Below, piece after piece: positions 1 through 15,062 of a stretch of DNA of 64,000 bases (the stretch's first letter is position 1; each line of letters begins with the position of its first letter). A model generated the notes under the pieces. That model had not been told where the DNA came from and did not search any database. It was given only the letters and a program-made list of their open reading frames with translations. The stretch is from Rhizophagus irregularis (taxonomy: Eukaryota), in contig NC_089432.1 in assembly GCF_026210795.1 (NCBI RefSeq), positions 4,712,001 to 4,776,000 on the forward strand, read 5' to 3'. Made by a program: the position numbers and the translations under genes.

Positions 1-2289
1 ATTTTTAGTACATATAGATTTATCGGATTTTATATTTAAGAATATTCTATATAAATAAAGATTTAAACATTAATCTGTAATACAGTAAGTGCAAATATTC
101 CGCTCAATGTATCTTTATTCTCGATGATAATTGTTACAAATTCTTAGTGAAATTTCATTTGATTATCATTTTATGGGTAATAAATGGTTAATACTTAAGG
201 TAGTTAGATCAAAATTCATTTTTTTTTTATTTATGTTTATATTTTATACAAAAATGGCTAAATGGAATACATGAAATACTACTTCTGTTTACGCCATAAT
301 CTGCAAAAGAGGACAAATCAAATTTGAAAATTGGATTATATAAGCGGATCATCATCGGCTAAATTTTATAGTTCGGTAGTTCGGTAACAAATTTTCGTGT
401 GAGAGCATCGTTTTAACATACTGTATCTTAAAATTTTATGATAGATAGGCTTTTTAATATAGATAGATGTACGATACCAACAAAAGTTCAAAAAATAAAT
501 TAAATAGTTTATTATTTTAATTGTTAAAATTTTTCATAACTTAAAATCAAAATAATTCGTTAGAAAAGAAATAAATTCAATAACATGAATTTATTGTGTA
601 AATTAATAATTCAGGTATATTTTTTTCGCTAAACCGGATGGTTATGTAATACCAAAATAGAATTTTTGGTCAGAAATGACATATCATTACAAGAAAAATT
701 TTTTTATGGTTCGAACAAATAATTATTAAAAGAATAAAAACACCATCTTAATATAAAGATAAATTTATTTAATTAAATTCACTTAAAACTGAAATTTTTT
801 TCCAATATTTTTTATTTTTTTTTCGGATTTTTTTTTTCACCATTTTTTTTTACTAATATAGTTTTTTTTTTAAAACTAATTTTTTTTAAATTTTTTTTTA
901 GTTTTTTTTAAAAAACTGATTTTTTTTTAATTTTTTCGTTTTTTTCAGTTGATTTTTTCTAAAACCAAAAAAAAATTTTCGATTTGGTTTTTTTGTAAAC
1001 TGATTTTTTTTTTCCTTTTATAATATATTAATTTTTTTATTTAGACTTGAATCTAGATCAGAATGACGTTGCAGTATTACAGTAAGCGCCTTTTTTTAAT
1101 AATAATTTTTTTCTAATTATTATTTTGCATATTTTTTTTTCATTCTTTTTCAACTTTTAAGTTTGAATCAGTGATTGAATTGATGATGCGATGCTATATC
1201 AAGTGTCTTTTACTAATTTTTTTTAATAATAATATTTTTTTTTTCTAATTATTTTTTTACTAATTTTTCTTCCTATTTTTTTTTTTTTGTTCTTTTACCT
1301 TTTATGTTTGGATTAAAGTTAAGTGCTGTAATATAATCAAAATATATATACATATATATTATTTAAATAAATTTAGTTAAAATAAATATATTTTTTTACT
1401 TAATAAAAAAGTCTTTAATTCCTATATATTAAGAAATAGTCCGCATTTATTTTGATATTCAGTTCACTAACAGTAACTAATAAGTCGATTTATTTATGAT
1501 AATATAAATTGACTATTTGCAGTACAATTTGTTTTGATTAATTCATTCCTTTAAACTTGTTATCATTAATCTCTGTTAAAGTATACTTCATTATAATATT
1601 CTATCGCGGGTAATAAACGTTGATTTTATATAAATGTAAATATTCGTTCGCCTATAATTAAACAAAAATCAAAAATAATTAATATTTACAATAAAATAGT
1701 ATTTAAACTGTATTAAACTAATTAAAAAATAATTTTATCATTAATTTTATTATTTTAAATAAATTACAAAATATTATTACCTCTTTCATTTAGATTCAAT
1801 AATACTATCTATATTGACAAATCTTATTATTTTTTTTCATTAATACAATGAAATACCTCGATCTCCTAAATCTATCCAATGATTCCGAATATATTAAATA
1901 TATTACGATATCCAAATTTGGAAATAAATTCAAAGTTTTTTACTTAGATAAAAAATAAAAAATAAAAATTTCAATTAAAAAAAAAAGTTATATTTGTAAG
2001 AATCAGCATACAGGAGGCACGTGAAATATAAATGAATAAAAAAAAGTGGTTCAAATAGAAAAAGAATTTCCACCTCGGTTTATAATATAATAAATTAAAA
2101 GGAAAAAAAGCTATAGCGTATACAAATCATTAGACTTATATTTTTTAAATATCTTTTTATTCTTAATAATTTTTAACAAAAATAAATATTAGTTCTATCA
2201 ATATTATACTCTATATATTCTATATATTGATTATTATATGTATATGTATTTACATACGTATATGCATATGATTCTAAGATTTTAAAAAT

Positions 2290-4143
2290 GATAAATTAAA
2301 TATTAATAGTTTTTTTAGTTCTTAAAAATTCTGTTATCCGCAAAGCTATACAAGTTTATCATAGCGTTTATAACCTTCAAAATGCTGTCTCTAATTATAA
2401 TGGCGAAAGGCCCAAGTGGAATAGAAGTCTTAAATGTGGCAGTTCTAGATTTTAATACGTCAGCAGATGTTCGCTTCAACATTTTTTTTCATATTCTTCA
2501 ATAAAAGAAATATTACTGTCCATATATTTAAGTAATGCTTGAGAAAGTTTATCAGCATCTTGAATAGCATTATTTGCTCCTAATCCTAATATAGGACTCA
2601 TATCACCTAATAATACAATTCGATTACTTACCCATGATTTGATAGACATTGGATCAATATCTCGCATCATATGGGCTGATTCAACGCATAAAATGGATTT
2701 GGCCAACATTATTGGATATTTTAAGGGAAATTTGGCTAAAATAATGGTATTTTCGGCCAAAATTACGGCATGTCCAACAGGTGGACAACAGGTTTTTTGA
2801 GGAGACGTAGATGATTATTATTATAACTTTATACTATCTTGCCAAAAATGATAATTTTGTAACTAAAATAAATTTGTTACTCTTTACCATTATTGTTATA
2901 TAAAAAAAAAATACTTCATTGAAATTTTTTAACAAAAATTTTAATAAATAACAAATTTACTACTTAATGCATCAAATCGGCCCATATGCATTCTTCATTG
3001 TACAGGATTATAAGTTTTAAATGGAAACTTTATTGGATCATTTGGAATTGTTTTAGGTGCCAAGTCCCATAATTTTATTAATAAATCAGTCAATTCACAA
3101 TCTGATCTTAATGTTCGAATTAACCGTTTAACATGTTCGATGACTGATGCAGGGTCATTATCAATATCAACGTTATCCAATTCGGAGGGATAAAAATAGA
3201 CTAATGTTACTCTATAATGAGGTTCACTTTTCTCATCATTTTGTTCTTGTTTGATTGGTATTAAGCGTGTCAATATAAGCGTTGAATCTCCTTTTGTTCC
3301 AAGAGTTTTATGGACCAATAAGTTTCCATGGATTTTATTTGCCTTGTCCATAAGATGTTGAGGTATGGTAACATCCGCACTAACATGGGTTATTCCATAA
3401 TCAACGATTTGTAATTCAGGTAATTTTTGTTTTCGTACTAATATAAAAAAAAATGTTTGTTATTTAAGAATAATTTAAATAATAGATATTATTTAAAAAT
3501 ATTTTATAACTACTTAATTGGAGAATTAATTCCATCTGCGCCAACTAAAATATTACAAAATTCTTGTGAACCATCTTCAAAAAATACCCAAACTCCTTCT
3601 TGAGTCTCTACATATTTAATACATTTTTTATTCCATTGAACTGGTACACCTTCTAATAAAACATCTCTAAGTCTATTACGATAAATGACAATTGATGATA
3701 GACCACGAAATATTTTTGCGATTTCATAAACATCTTTAAATGGTTTAGTTGGAGGGGTAAGTAAAACATTTCCTATTTGATCAATGATAGTTATTCCATG
3801 AGTTTCTACATCAGGAATTGGATTTGGTATTGCTTTTGAAAGGTTTGAAGCGATCGAGGATGGAACACAGTTTAAAAGAGATCGAGCTCCATAATTGGAC
3901 AAGCCTATATGATATCCTTGCCATTGATCTAATACGTGACAGTATGAGTGAGTTAATTTTTAAAGTTTCTAACATAATATTTAACTAGAAAATTAGAAAT
4001 TTTTATACCTGTCAGTAGGACTAGTTTCACGTTCAAAGATTTTTACGTTGAATTCTTTTTTGTCCTTGTTTTTTATCAAGGCATGATAGAGAGAAAGTCC
4101 TCCTAGACCTGCACCAACAATAATAATCGTTGGAATTTTTTCT
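2290..4143 (-). pseudogene. FAD-dependent monooxygenase (UbiH/zeaxanthin epoxidase-like), disrupted
   Basis: The first exon reads EKIPTIIIVGAGLGGLSL...KIFERE (GxGxxG), but an in-frame TAA lies directly upstream and there is no ATG. Later exons give ILVGADGINS and IVLLGD-MSPILGLGANNAIQDA, with the AAHA residues of the GD motif missing. There is an internal stop at ~2995, a TIR insertion at 2668-2988 and a frameshifted 3' end. Confidence 0.85.
2668..2988. mobile_element. Small non-autonomous TIR element (MITE-like) inside the monooxygenase
   Basis: Left end CATATGGGCTGATTCAACGCATAA and the reverse complement of the right end CATATGGGCCGATTTGATGCATTA form an imperfect ~22-bp TIR. CAT flanks both sides (2665-2667, 2989-2991). 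Removing the element rejoins ...Q*RMRDIDP. Confidence 0.7.
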
Positions 4144-6732
4144 TAATGAAATTATGATTTTATATAAAAATTTAAAAAAGATAAATTGTTATTATGATGT
4201 TTAAAATTGTTTGATTTTTTTAATGTATTTTAATGTAATTTAAAATTTGTTTTGAAAAATCGAGAAACATTTTTCTAGCGGATTTATTTATAAGAAAATA
4301 AGGTCTTTGCCAAAAAATAAACGAAACAAACGTTAACGTACCTTTATCTTTGCGTAATGTGATTGTAAGTATCTTAAAATGTCGATCAAAGCGTAAATTT
4401 TTTGCCAATATTTATCGTTATTTCTGTTTCACAAAAAATTGCTATATGTGTCACATGCCAAGTCAAATGTAACGTCATTAATTATTTTCTAGAAATAAAT
4501 GACATCATTATTTAATAACGAAATTTTAACTTTTCGGAAAATTATTTTACCATAAAATTTTACCAAGGAATTACACGAAATTTCTGTGGTAAATATTATC
4601 AAAGAAAATTTCTTTGATTGTAAATAATGACCTTCATGAATCTTATTATTATTTAATTTGATTATTTACGAAAAATGTAACTATATTTACCAATTTATTA
4701 ATACTTCTTATAATAAATAATACAAAGTAATTAAACAATCATTAAACATTTTTTTCCGAACTAATCTGTTATAATATATTTGAACTAACTCGTTAATGGT
4801 TTTACGATTTCATGAACCACATTCTATAAATTTTTAAACTAGTTCTTGTTTCAACTTTTAATTCTTTTTATAACTTCCTTTCAATCTCGTTTCAATTAAT
4901 CTATACTAATATTTTATCATTTCATCCAATTACATTCACATTATGATCAAATTGAAATAATAAAGATTCGTAGATAAAAGTGATGGCACGAACTCATTCC
5001 TACACTTAACATGACAACTTTTTATGAATGAAGAAAAGATTAAATTATTTATATACAGTGCATGAATTTTAATTTTACAAATTTATAATTAATTATAGCT
5101 TACATCTTTTTACGAATTCAAAAATTTTGAACAAGCTGTTCCTTCAAGAGACTTTACAATAAAGTAAAAAATTAATAATTTTAATAAGAGTAATATTTCG
5201 TAGGATTTACGTAACGGCAAATCTGCAGTAGAGGTACTTCAAACGTAACCATCTGGTTTCGTTACTTTTATTAATTCACCAATAATAAAAGTTCATTGAT
5301 CTAAAGTACTATAACGTGGTTCAATATTTAAATAAGTCAAATCAAAATGATTTTCTTCCTTACAATATATCAGCATGGTTAAAATTTAATTGATGCGAAA
5401 AATAATATTTTCTTATCAATGACGAAAAATCCCAAAAGTGAATATTCATTTGATAACTCTAAGAGAAATGTTCCAGCTCCAGTGTGTATATATATATACA
5501 CATAGTACAATAGTACATCTAAAATTTTAGCATCATTCTTCAAAGAATCTCCATGGAGAAGGAACAGATTTATTTAAATAATTTATATGTTCTTTGTTGA
5601 AGTTGATGCTATTTATGCTATTTCTTGTTTTCAAATTTTTTTTAAATAAAATCTGATCTATTCCAAGATAATTTTCAACGCGTCTATTTTTATTAAAATT
5701 AGAAACTGATTTAATAATCTATAGAAAAGATTCGATAATCGTTTCCAATCAATACGTCGAGGTCGAGCAACCATGTGGGTAACAAAACATCGAAGATTTT
5801 GGTAGAAGTATTATGAAACAATTTTATATGAAGTATTAAATAACTTTAAATTGTGTATACAAAAGTAAACAATAATAATTATTATCATTATCATTTCATA
5901 TAATTTTAATGTAATGAGTTTATAACACTAAAGTCACGTAATAATAAATTTGACCGAAGATCGAACGAGATCGAACGGTATCAAATTTATTTTTTCTATA
6001 GTTAAATGAAATTAATTTTGCCAAGTTTCAGATTCATTCTCTGACAAAACTCTCAGGTTTTGTTCACAACATTGATTTATTGTATTTTCTATAGTTCCTA
6101 TTTATTTAATGAATAAAAACAAAACAATCATATTTATAAATCTATAAAATAAGAATGTTTTCTTTAAAAAAATAAATTTCGCTAAAAAATTTTAATCATA
6201 ACTGTAGAATCTGAGCTAAGTACACGTCTTGTCAAAAGAAATGGACTTTTAAGTTTTTTTCTTGAAACAGCTTAATCTTAAGCTTAAATTGAAGCTGTTT
6301 GAGCAAATTGAAGTTTCTACTTTTATGTTATAAAAAAGAATTTTGATGCATCAAGTAATTTACAATAAAAATTTTTTATTAATTATTATGAGAAATATGT
6401 ATTTTATTATATTATGTAATATATAATAAATTTTATAGAATTAACAAGAGGTTATTGTAAAAAATTTGACAATCTAAACTATTTATTAGTACAAATAAAA
6501 ATAATTTTTTTTAATATAGAACGTGTGCACATTATTTATGTCGCTTCTTGTCATATTTTCATGAGGTTAAAAATTATTCTTTCAACTTGTTTTAATAAAT
6601 TCATGTATAACGAATGGAATAATCTGTTATGATTTTACAATGTTTATGACATGAATTTACGTTAAGAAACTTAATTTTCGCCTAAATTAGTAAATACATT
6701 TAATAATTTGATTGAATTTATTAAAATTATTT

Positions 6733-6797
6733 AAATTACAAACTAAGAATTTTGTAAAACATTTACTACTCTAGTAGTCTTAGTGTTTAAATAATCT
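6733..6797 (-). repeat. Conserved ~65-bp kinase 3'-UTR element (copy 1)
   Basis: Reverse complement of the AAACACTAAGACTAGAGTAGTAAAATATTTTACAAGTTTCTTAGTTTGTAATTTA element at ~27685-27747. It lies ~70 bp past the kinase stop, in the gene's sense. Confidence 0.7.
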
Positions 6798-6864
6798 CCA
6801 AGATAAAATAAATAAATAAATAAATGATAATAATTTAAAATATAAAAAAAAAATTGTTAAATGA

Positions 6865-9289
6865 TTATTCATATCCATCTAAAGTTAAAAAATAACAAAT
6901 TATAAATTAATTATTTGCTTTATAAAGAAATCTCATTTATTTAAGAACTTACCATCAGGAATTTCCAGTTCATCTTGTTCTTTCGAATGAAGATTTGGAT
7001 TATTATATACTTCGTCTTCATCTGTAAGAAATAAATAATTAAATTAAAAAATAATATAAAAATTAAATAAAAAATTCGCATAATTCGCATACCATCAATA
7101 TCACCAATATTTTGTCTTTTCATTTTTTGTTGAATTATTTCTTTTTCATCATCTAAATTTTTAAATTAAAGCTTAGTACATTTAAATAAATATATTGACA
7201 AAATAATTTTTACTTTTTTTTGCTTACCATCAATATCAATATCTTTCCTTTTCATTTGTTGTTGAATTATTTCTTTTTCTTCATATTGTTTTTAAAATAA
7301 AAGTCACGTTATTTAATAAATAAAACTGTTACAATGAATATTATTCACTTATTTACTTACTATTTGAATTTTGCAAATTTATAAATTCTTTGGGTAATTT
7401 TTCACTATCACCTAAAATTAAGAACATAGAAATAGATTTTAATATTTAATTTATTATTTCAAACAAATCACCTTTAAAAATATTTATTAATTATACCTGA
7501 TAATTTCTTACTATACTGCTCATTTGATTTATTAAAGTCGTTAACTAAAATAAAAATTAATTATTAGATATCATTACATGATAATTCAACGTTATAATGT
7601 TATTAAATACTTACTATTGTTAGGAATGTTAAAATCATACAATTTACTATGAAACACTATTAATAGTAAAATAAAGTATTTAAAACTAATTAATTATAGT
7701 TACCAAAAATGGTAGAAATTATTATTTATATGGTTATACCTTCTTGTTCTTCTATTATAATAAAAAGATAACATTAATAATGTATTTTAAATAAATACAT
7801 CCATTAATAAAATATTATACACTTATACCTTCTGTTGCGTTTTTTGGTTCAGGTAGGTTTCCAAAGTTGTGAATTTTACTTGTAAATAATCTGCTACTCG
7901 TATAATTTTCTTCTACTTTATTCACTTCTAAATTATCCATTTCTGATTTGAATAATTCATCTGACATATTTTGATAATATAAATTAAGTTTTATCACTTT
8001 AATCGCAAGTGCATAAGCGTCAGGTCTTTTTAATGGATCAGCATCCCAACATTCTTTCATTAAATTTTTATATTCTAACGGAGTTCCTGGCACAATTTTT
8101 GGTCTTATACCATCAATAATATTATATACAAGAATATGTTCATCTTCATAATCCATAAATGGTGGTTGTCCAAATGAAATTTCCCACATAAGCATTGCAA
8201 TACTATAAATATCAGATGCAAAAGTATATCCTCTTCCAACAATAACTTCGGGTGCTATGTAAGGAAGATTTCCATATATACTTGTTGAAGATTTATCAGC
8301 AGGTCCACAAAATCCAAGATCACTAATATACCAGTAATCATTATATTGTGAATATAATATATTTCCAGAATGTAAATCTCTATGAATTACTTTCTCTTTA
8401 TGAATACGATAAAGTGAAAGAATTATTTCATAAGTAATATTAATTCTCTTTTTCCATGTAAGTTGATTATGATTTTGTTGTAAATATTTTCTTAAATCTA
8501 TATCCATTTCCATCATTACGAGAAAATAATTTCCATTTGATGGATTTTGTGTTAAACCAAAACATCGAACAACAACTGCCCATTTATTATTTATAGTTAA
8601 ATGTGATTTAGCCTAAAAGACAATAATTTGTAAAAATACTAGTGTTAATACAAAAAATTACAACAATTTTATGAAATATAGAATACAATAATACAAACCT
8701 CTTCAAACCAACTTTGATTTGCACTTTCAACATTTTCTAATTTTTTTAATACTACTTCGCCATATCCAAATCTTTTTAATTGTTTTTTTTCAAAATCCCA
8801 TTCTTCATAATTTCCATTAATCCAATCTGCTGTATAAATTTCTGAGAATCCACCTTTTGTTAAATATTTAATATTTTCTAAATTACTATATGGGATCCAT
8901 TCAACTACCATATCTGGCGCCAATGTTTCCATTTGACATTCCTGTATTAAATTATCAATATCATCATTCCCGGATGTCCAATTTGGAAAATTTTCTTGTA
9001 AATAATTTCGGACACAATATTCACAATATAATGTAGCTAAGCATTCTTGGTTACAATTTTCACAAATTCTTCTTGTTCCTGAATTATAATAAATTTTATC
9101 TCGATCATAATTGTCAATTAAATATCTTATTGCTTCAATTTTTTCATCATCTGTAAGAATTTTATCAGCAAGGACTGTTTGTTTTTGAAATTCAAATTGT
9201 TTGTGTATATCATTGTAAATATTAGTATCTGTTAATGTTGATACTCTATTAACTGTTGCATTAATTAACTCATATCGAAGAGTGGACAT
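6865..9289 (-). CDS. Tyrosine-kinase-like (TKL) Ser/Thr protein kinase, multi-exon
   Basis: Exon 9289-8699 has CxxC..YCEYC, WTSGN, EWIPY, KGGFSEIY and VVLK. Exon 8612-7829 has HRDLHSGN, DLG, YIAPE and CW. Several small GT-AG 3' exons follow (e.g. 12-nt 7751-7740; DEDEVYNNPNLH..LEIPD), with a final TAA at 6865-6867. Confidence 0.9.
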
Positions 9290-12200
9290 AATGCAATCAA
9301 TAAGAAAGAAAGAAATAATTATTTTAAGTTCATTACTTCGTTACTCCGAGATAAATTAGTAAAATGCAAATTGTTGATCAAACTTCATGTTGTGCCCACA
9401 TAAATTTTGTAACCTTGAGGCGTAGTATTTTACGCCTCATAACCAAAAAAAGAAAACCATTTATTACTGTACTTTCTATACTTAGTATGATAATTTAAAA
9501 TTAAAAATTTCTTTTTTTTATTTTTTTTGCGTCACTCATCGCTTCCCCTCTGTTCGCTTTTTTCAGCGAATACAATTTATGTTTAACTAGTTGATTGTCA
9601 TATTAATGAATAAATATATAGTATCCTTGATTATTGATTAATTTGATAAACAAAATCAATGATTGTTATTCAATAGGTTATTAATTCGTTGTCATTTTTA
9701 AATCTTATTTAAAAAAAAATCTATAAAAACATGATTGATGAAAAGTCAATTTAGTTATTTTCACTTGAATTTATTTTAAATAAACAACGTGGCGAATAAT
9801 AAACATGAAAGATTATAAGAAACCATTCAATTTATTATTTCTACTAAAAAAGTCATATCTAAGAGAAAGAATTTCTGTAGAATTATTATTATTATTTTTT
9901 TTTTTTTAAGATGTACGCAAATATAGGTTTAAATAAAAATATATGGTTTAATAAAAAAAATAAGTTTGAATGAAAGAATGATTACGTAACTATTTAGTTT
10001 AATAATAAATAAGGAATAGATCAGGCGCAAGTATATCACGGGTTTTCATATTATGACACGGGTTTCATGTTACACAATTCAAATTATTTATATGGAGACT
10101 ATTCGTCTATTCTAAACGGCAGACAAAATTTTTTTAGTTATATAGATTAGAAAAATTTTCATTCACCAACTAAATGAATATTAATTAAAAAGGGAGATAA
10201 CTGATTTTATGGCCAATAAATGTAAAATTTTTATGATTTGTGGCATGAATAATAATTTTTTTTTAATTTTTGAACAAGGTTTCGAACAAAGATATTTTAA
10301 TTGTGTGAAGAATATAATTTAATTGACGAATGACAACAGTAAATGAAGTCATTTTTAAATAATTCGTAATAACAATATTGCATCAAATTATTATCATCAA
10401 CGCCATCTTTATTATGATAATCAAAACTATGAAAGACATTTTTAATTCTGCTAAATTGATAAAATTTGAAATTGTTTAAATTGGCAAATCAATACAATTA
10501 AAAAGTTCAAGAATTCTTTAAAGAATTTGAGGATGTTTGATAATTTTCTTTTTGAAAAAATTCACCATCTGTCTGAAGCGTATAAATGTGAGAATATTTG
10601 TACTTGTATTATCATTATAATTTCAGACAGACATGAATCTGAGAGATCACTAATAAATAAATTATTACATTATCAAAACTCAATACGTTTTAATTTGTGT
10701 CGGAATAATTCCTCAGAACAAAAAATAATACTAATCGTTAATATTCACCAATTACCTTTGAAGAATATAGTAATATAAAATATAATTAAATTAAATTTCA
10801 TTGTTTTTGTTATAATAAAAGAAATCATCAAATTTTATTTATGAGATTAAAAGAGAATTTTTTATTTCTTGTCAAACATTTAATTGTCGATCTTCCAGGA
10901 ATTTCAATCGGTATCTAATATCTATTAATAATGATTCTTCAGTTATTTACTGCAAAATATTTCAAGATTTCTTTAAGTAATGCAATCTTTGAAAGTGCAC
11001 TTGATTTTTCTTTAAAAATGTGAAAAAATGAAAATTTATTTATTTTTACGATGTAATTTATCAAATTATATTGTATTGATCGGATTATATTTTTTTTAAT
11101 ACCCAGTATTTAATTTATAATCGGCATAAATTATACTTTACATCACCTAACTGTATTTTGGAATGTAAGACTCTTAATATTTAAATATTAACCGATTAAA
11201 AAATATTATCAGATATTGATTTATCATAAAATTTTTTGTAGTATGTATTTCTTAAATGTACGCTTATATCTGCAGTGTAAAATTTTTTTTTTTTAAAAAA
11301 AAAGGATAATAAGCCAACAATAAAAAGAACAGCATAAAAGATCATTATTCATTGAAGTTGTCCAGTGTACAGATATATTTGACATGTCAATGTCAATAAA
11401 TCGTGTTGTCAGTTTGTTATGGTTAGTCTAAATTGATAGAAATATTACAAAATATATATACATACTGTCAATAATTATTTAAATTTGCTAAATCACTACC
11501 TTTATAACTTTTTATTTACTGTGAATTTGTGATAGCACTTTGATTGTCGTTTTTCAATTTGTAATTCATTTATTAACATTATTATCAATAGATATTTCTT
11601 TAAAAAGTCTTATGCATTAATTAAATATTTATGATACGTTGATAGATTTACTAAAACCAAAATTAGACAATTAAAATTCTAATCATCGGATATTAATAAA
11701 ATAATATATTTCAAAAAAAAAATTCTAATTCTAAAACTATTCTCAAACTATACTAAGTTCTAAAACCAAACTGTTATAACCTTTCCTAATTGACTATTCT
11801 AATAAACCATTAATTAAAATAATTAATGTGACACCTTTTCATCTTAAGAAAAAGGCAAAAAGAATCAAATGTTAAAATTATAAGGTTTAATTATTAATAC
11901 TAAAATCTAAAATGATAAAAGCTATGTGGTTATAAAATCGTATTTATACTTTCTAAGGTGATACTATTTTCCTCGAATGAATCCCACATATAATCCAATA
12001 AAACCAATTATTCTATGAATATCCCCATTAATAAAGATCAATCGCCATTTTTATGTCCCGTAGATCTATTAATAACCAGCATAGTTTAACGTCATCGCTG
12101 ACGCAGTACATTTAAGACACTTCAACTTTTTATACACTTAAACTAAATATAATATCGCGCCCAAAATTAATAATTTTACTGTAAAAGTTTTGAGGTAAAT

Positions 12201-12650
12201 CTTAAAAACTGATGAGTAATAATTTTCTTACGGTGCAATACAATTTTTGCTACTGCTTCACCCGGCGTTCTGTAGTAAATCAAAAGCATTAAAAAAAATC
12301 TTAATTAAATTTTTCCCGTAAGAAAAATTTGTTAAAATTCAAAGAAACTTGGAAAATTCTAAAAAAAAAACTTAACCTTCTTCCTCCCTAATCCTGCGGA
12401 TATTTATTAACGTATGGGACAATCAACTTGTACGACGAACAATTTGTTAAGCCCGATAGACTTACCTCATCAATCAGCTAACAGTAAATGTAGAATAAAT
12501 CTAAGAGCTACCTAATAAAATATAATACAGTAATATAATACAATAATATAAAAAAAACTCAATTAAGTCACTGAAAAAAAAATTTTTTTCCAAGATAACA
12601 TTCAGCTTCTGTTTGAGTAGAAACATTTTTATTAACCATTTTTTTAAATA

Positions 12651-13030
12651 ATGAATTATTTATGGGTTTGTAAAGAATGTAAACAAGAAACCACTGATTA
12701 TAATGGTGTAAAACATGTAATGCAAAACAATTTTTAATAAAATTTTAAAAATTGGAATAGTGGAAATAATAATATTAACAAATTTATTCAAGAAACTCAA
12801 CTATCAGTAATTGGTCATTATAATATATTAGAATGGATACCTTACAATAGATTTTATGATATTGAATATATTACACAAGGTGATTTTGAAAAGTATGTAG
12901 GGCAAAATGGATCGACGGGTTTATTATGGAATTGGATAAATAAAAATCAAAATTGGAATGATTTTGTTCTAATAAGTTCGTAGCTCTGAAAAATTTAGAT
13001 AAATCAAAAGATGTTACATCTTAAGGTACA
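12651..13030 (+). pseudogene. Remnant of a TKL kinase N-terminal exon
   Basis: Frameshifted but readable: CKECKQE..WCKTCNAK..NWNSGNNNINKFIQETQ..LEWIPYNRFYDIEYI..KWIDG. Confidence 0.75.
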
Positions 13031-13874
13031 TTTTTAAATGCAATTTTTTAATAACGAATTTTTTGAATATATAAATCATAAATTAAGTTGGAAAACTACT
13101 ATGAAGATTTATCTTATATTGCATTAGAATTCATGAAAAAGAAATAATTACATATCAGCAATATACTTCTTTCATAGTTGATCCTGATGTAATCCTATGG
13201 TTATATTTTTATTATTTTAGCCATTTGTCGCCTAAAATATCAATGATTGGAATCTATATCTAAAACAAATCCCCACCTATTTTCATAATATATTCATCTA
13301 TTATTCATCGGTAAAAAAAAATAGAACTAAAACACTTACTAGTGTACAAAATATATAAATCCAATAAATCTACAATTAAATTTAATAATTTTATTTGGTT
13401 TCAACGTAAAATAAGTGTTATCTAGATTTGTCATACGCCTGACTTTAAGAATGAATAGTTTTTTCTCCAATATTTTTAGCTATTACTCCTGTTGGTGCTA
13501 TAATTCTGTTGTGTTTGTTTAGAAGTTCAATAATGTAAATAATTTCCCAGTACCTCAGACTCATTCCTTGATTTAATTGAAGTTCTTGTTAAAAATACCA
13601 ATCAAGTTCTTCATTTATTATTAATCTGTCATTTATAAAATGTTCTGTAATTAAGGATATTTTATTTAATATGTAAAATTACTTTTTTTTTTTAATCATA
13701 ATTAAAGTTTTTGATTGCTCATAATAATAATCTAATTATTATATAAATTAGTAAATAATTAATAAATACTTTGAAAAAAAAACTGAAAAATCTCATTTTT
13801 ATAAAAAAAAAAGATTTACGATAAAGAACTTTATCTGTTATAAAAAAAACTGAACCAAATTAAAAAAGTAATAT

Positions 13875-14300
13875 CGTCTCCCATTATTTTTTATTACATC
13901 TTTTCATTTTCCATTATCTCTTTTTCTCTCCTGTTTACTTCCCATCATTTCTTTTTGTCTCTCATCATTCCTTTTAGTCTCCCATCGCTTCTCTTCATCT
14001 TCCCATCAATTTTTTTCGTCTCCCATCACTCCTCTTCATTTTCCCATCACTCCTCTTCATCTACTCATCATTCCTTTTCATTTTTTTCGTCTCCCATCAC
14101 TCCTCTTCATCTCCCATCATGTCCTATTTCTCTTTTTGTTTCCTATCACTTCTCACTACTCTTTTTTACTCCCTTTCATCTTCTATTACTTTCCATTACT
14201 CCATTGTTATTTCATTTTTTTTTATTAGCATCTTTCTCCTAGATCCTTGTAATTTACTTGTCTTTTTATTTATTGTTATTGTTTCTTTTATTTGTATCAC
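13875..14300. repeat. Pyrimidine-rich low-complexity repeat (TCTCCCATCACTCCTCTTCA-like units)
   Basis: Recurrent CTCCCATCA/CTCTTCAT motifs; the overlapping ORFs are F/S/H-rich artefacts. Confidence 0.7.
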
Positions 14301-14974
14301 TTCATTAAAAATATGGTGAGTTTTTTCTTTAAAATCGTAAATGTGTGATTTAATTTTTAATATTTGCAAATAAAATTTCATTAGATAAGATTATTTTGAA
14401 TAAATATGGCTGCAAAAAAAATTTTTTTTAAAATATCTTAAATATCTTTTACGATAAAACTTTAAGTTTAGCCGATCAAACATTAGCTAAGTTAAAAAAA
14501 TCCAGCAGTCAGCCGATTAATAAATTTACTCTATATATTGTACATCATGTGATATATTTGAAAAAAACCCAGGTGACAAATTGACAATCACCTAGGTGAC
14601 GTTTAGCAATTCCCTTAAATTTTTACTATTTTACTTTAACTTATAATAAACCAAAATCTTGCCATTTCTCTATACTTAATTTACTCATTATAAATAGAAA
14701 ACACCATTTGTTCATTCATTTTATTTAAAAAAAAAACTAGATTTAAAAAATTTATTTATTTTAACAAAGCTTGTTTATAAGAGATCAAACAATTTGACAT
14801 TATATATATACAGATCACACTATATAGTTAATGATATCAGGTGCTCTTCATTTTAATAGTGATAATTTTTGCAATTGGTTGCTATGCTTAATTGTGTTAT
14901 CCTGGAAAAGAAGAAGAAAATTACTAATTCGGTTAGCATTTATGTGCTAAGTATAAGGTACGTTTTTTATATAT

Positions 14975-15062
14975 TTATATTTATATTGATATTGATATTG
15001 ATATTGAGTCAATATTGATATTGAGTTTAATATTGATATCAGATTGATATTGAGTCAATATC
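14975..15062. repeat. Degenerate (ATATTG)n/(ATATTT)n microsatellite
   Basis: Direct reading of hexamer units. Confidence 0.7.

Noticed and set aside
5160..5820. Possible decayed coding remnants (also ~11820-12070, 13170-13620, 29180-29750, 32000-32460)
   Set aside because: Composition looks coding-like, but there are too many stops and frameshifts to assign a family without a search.
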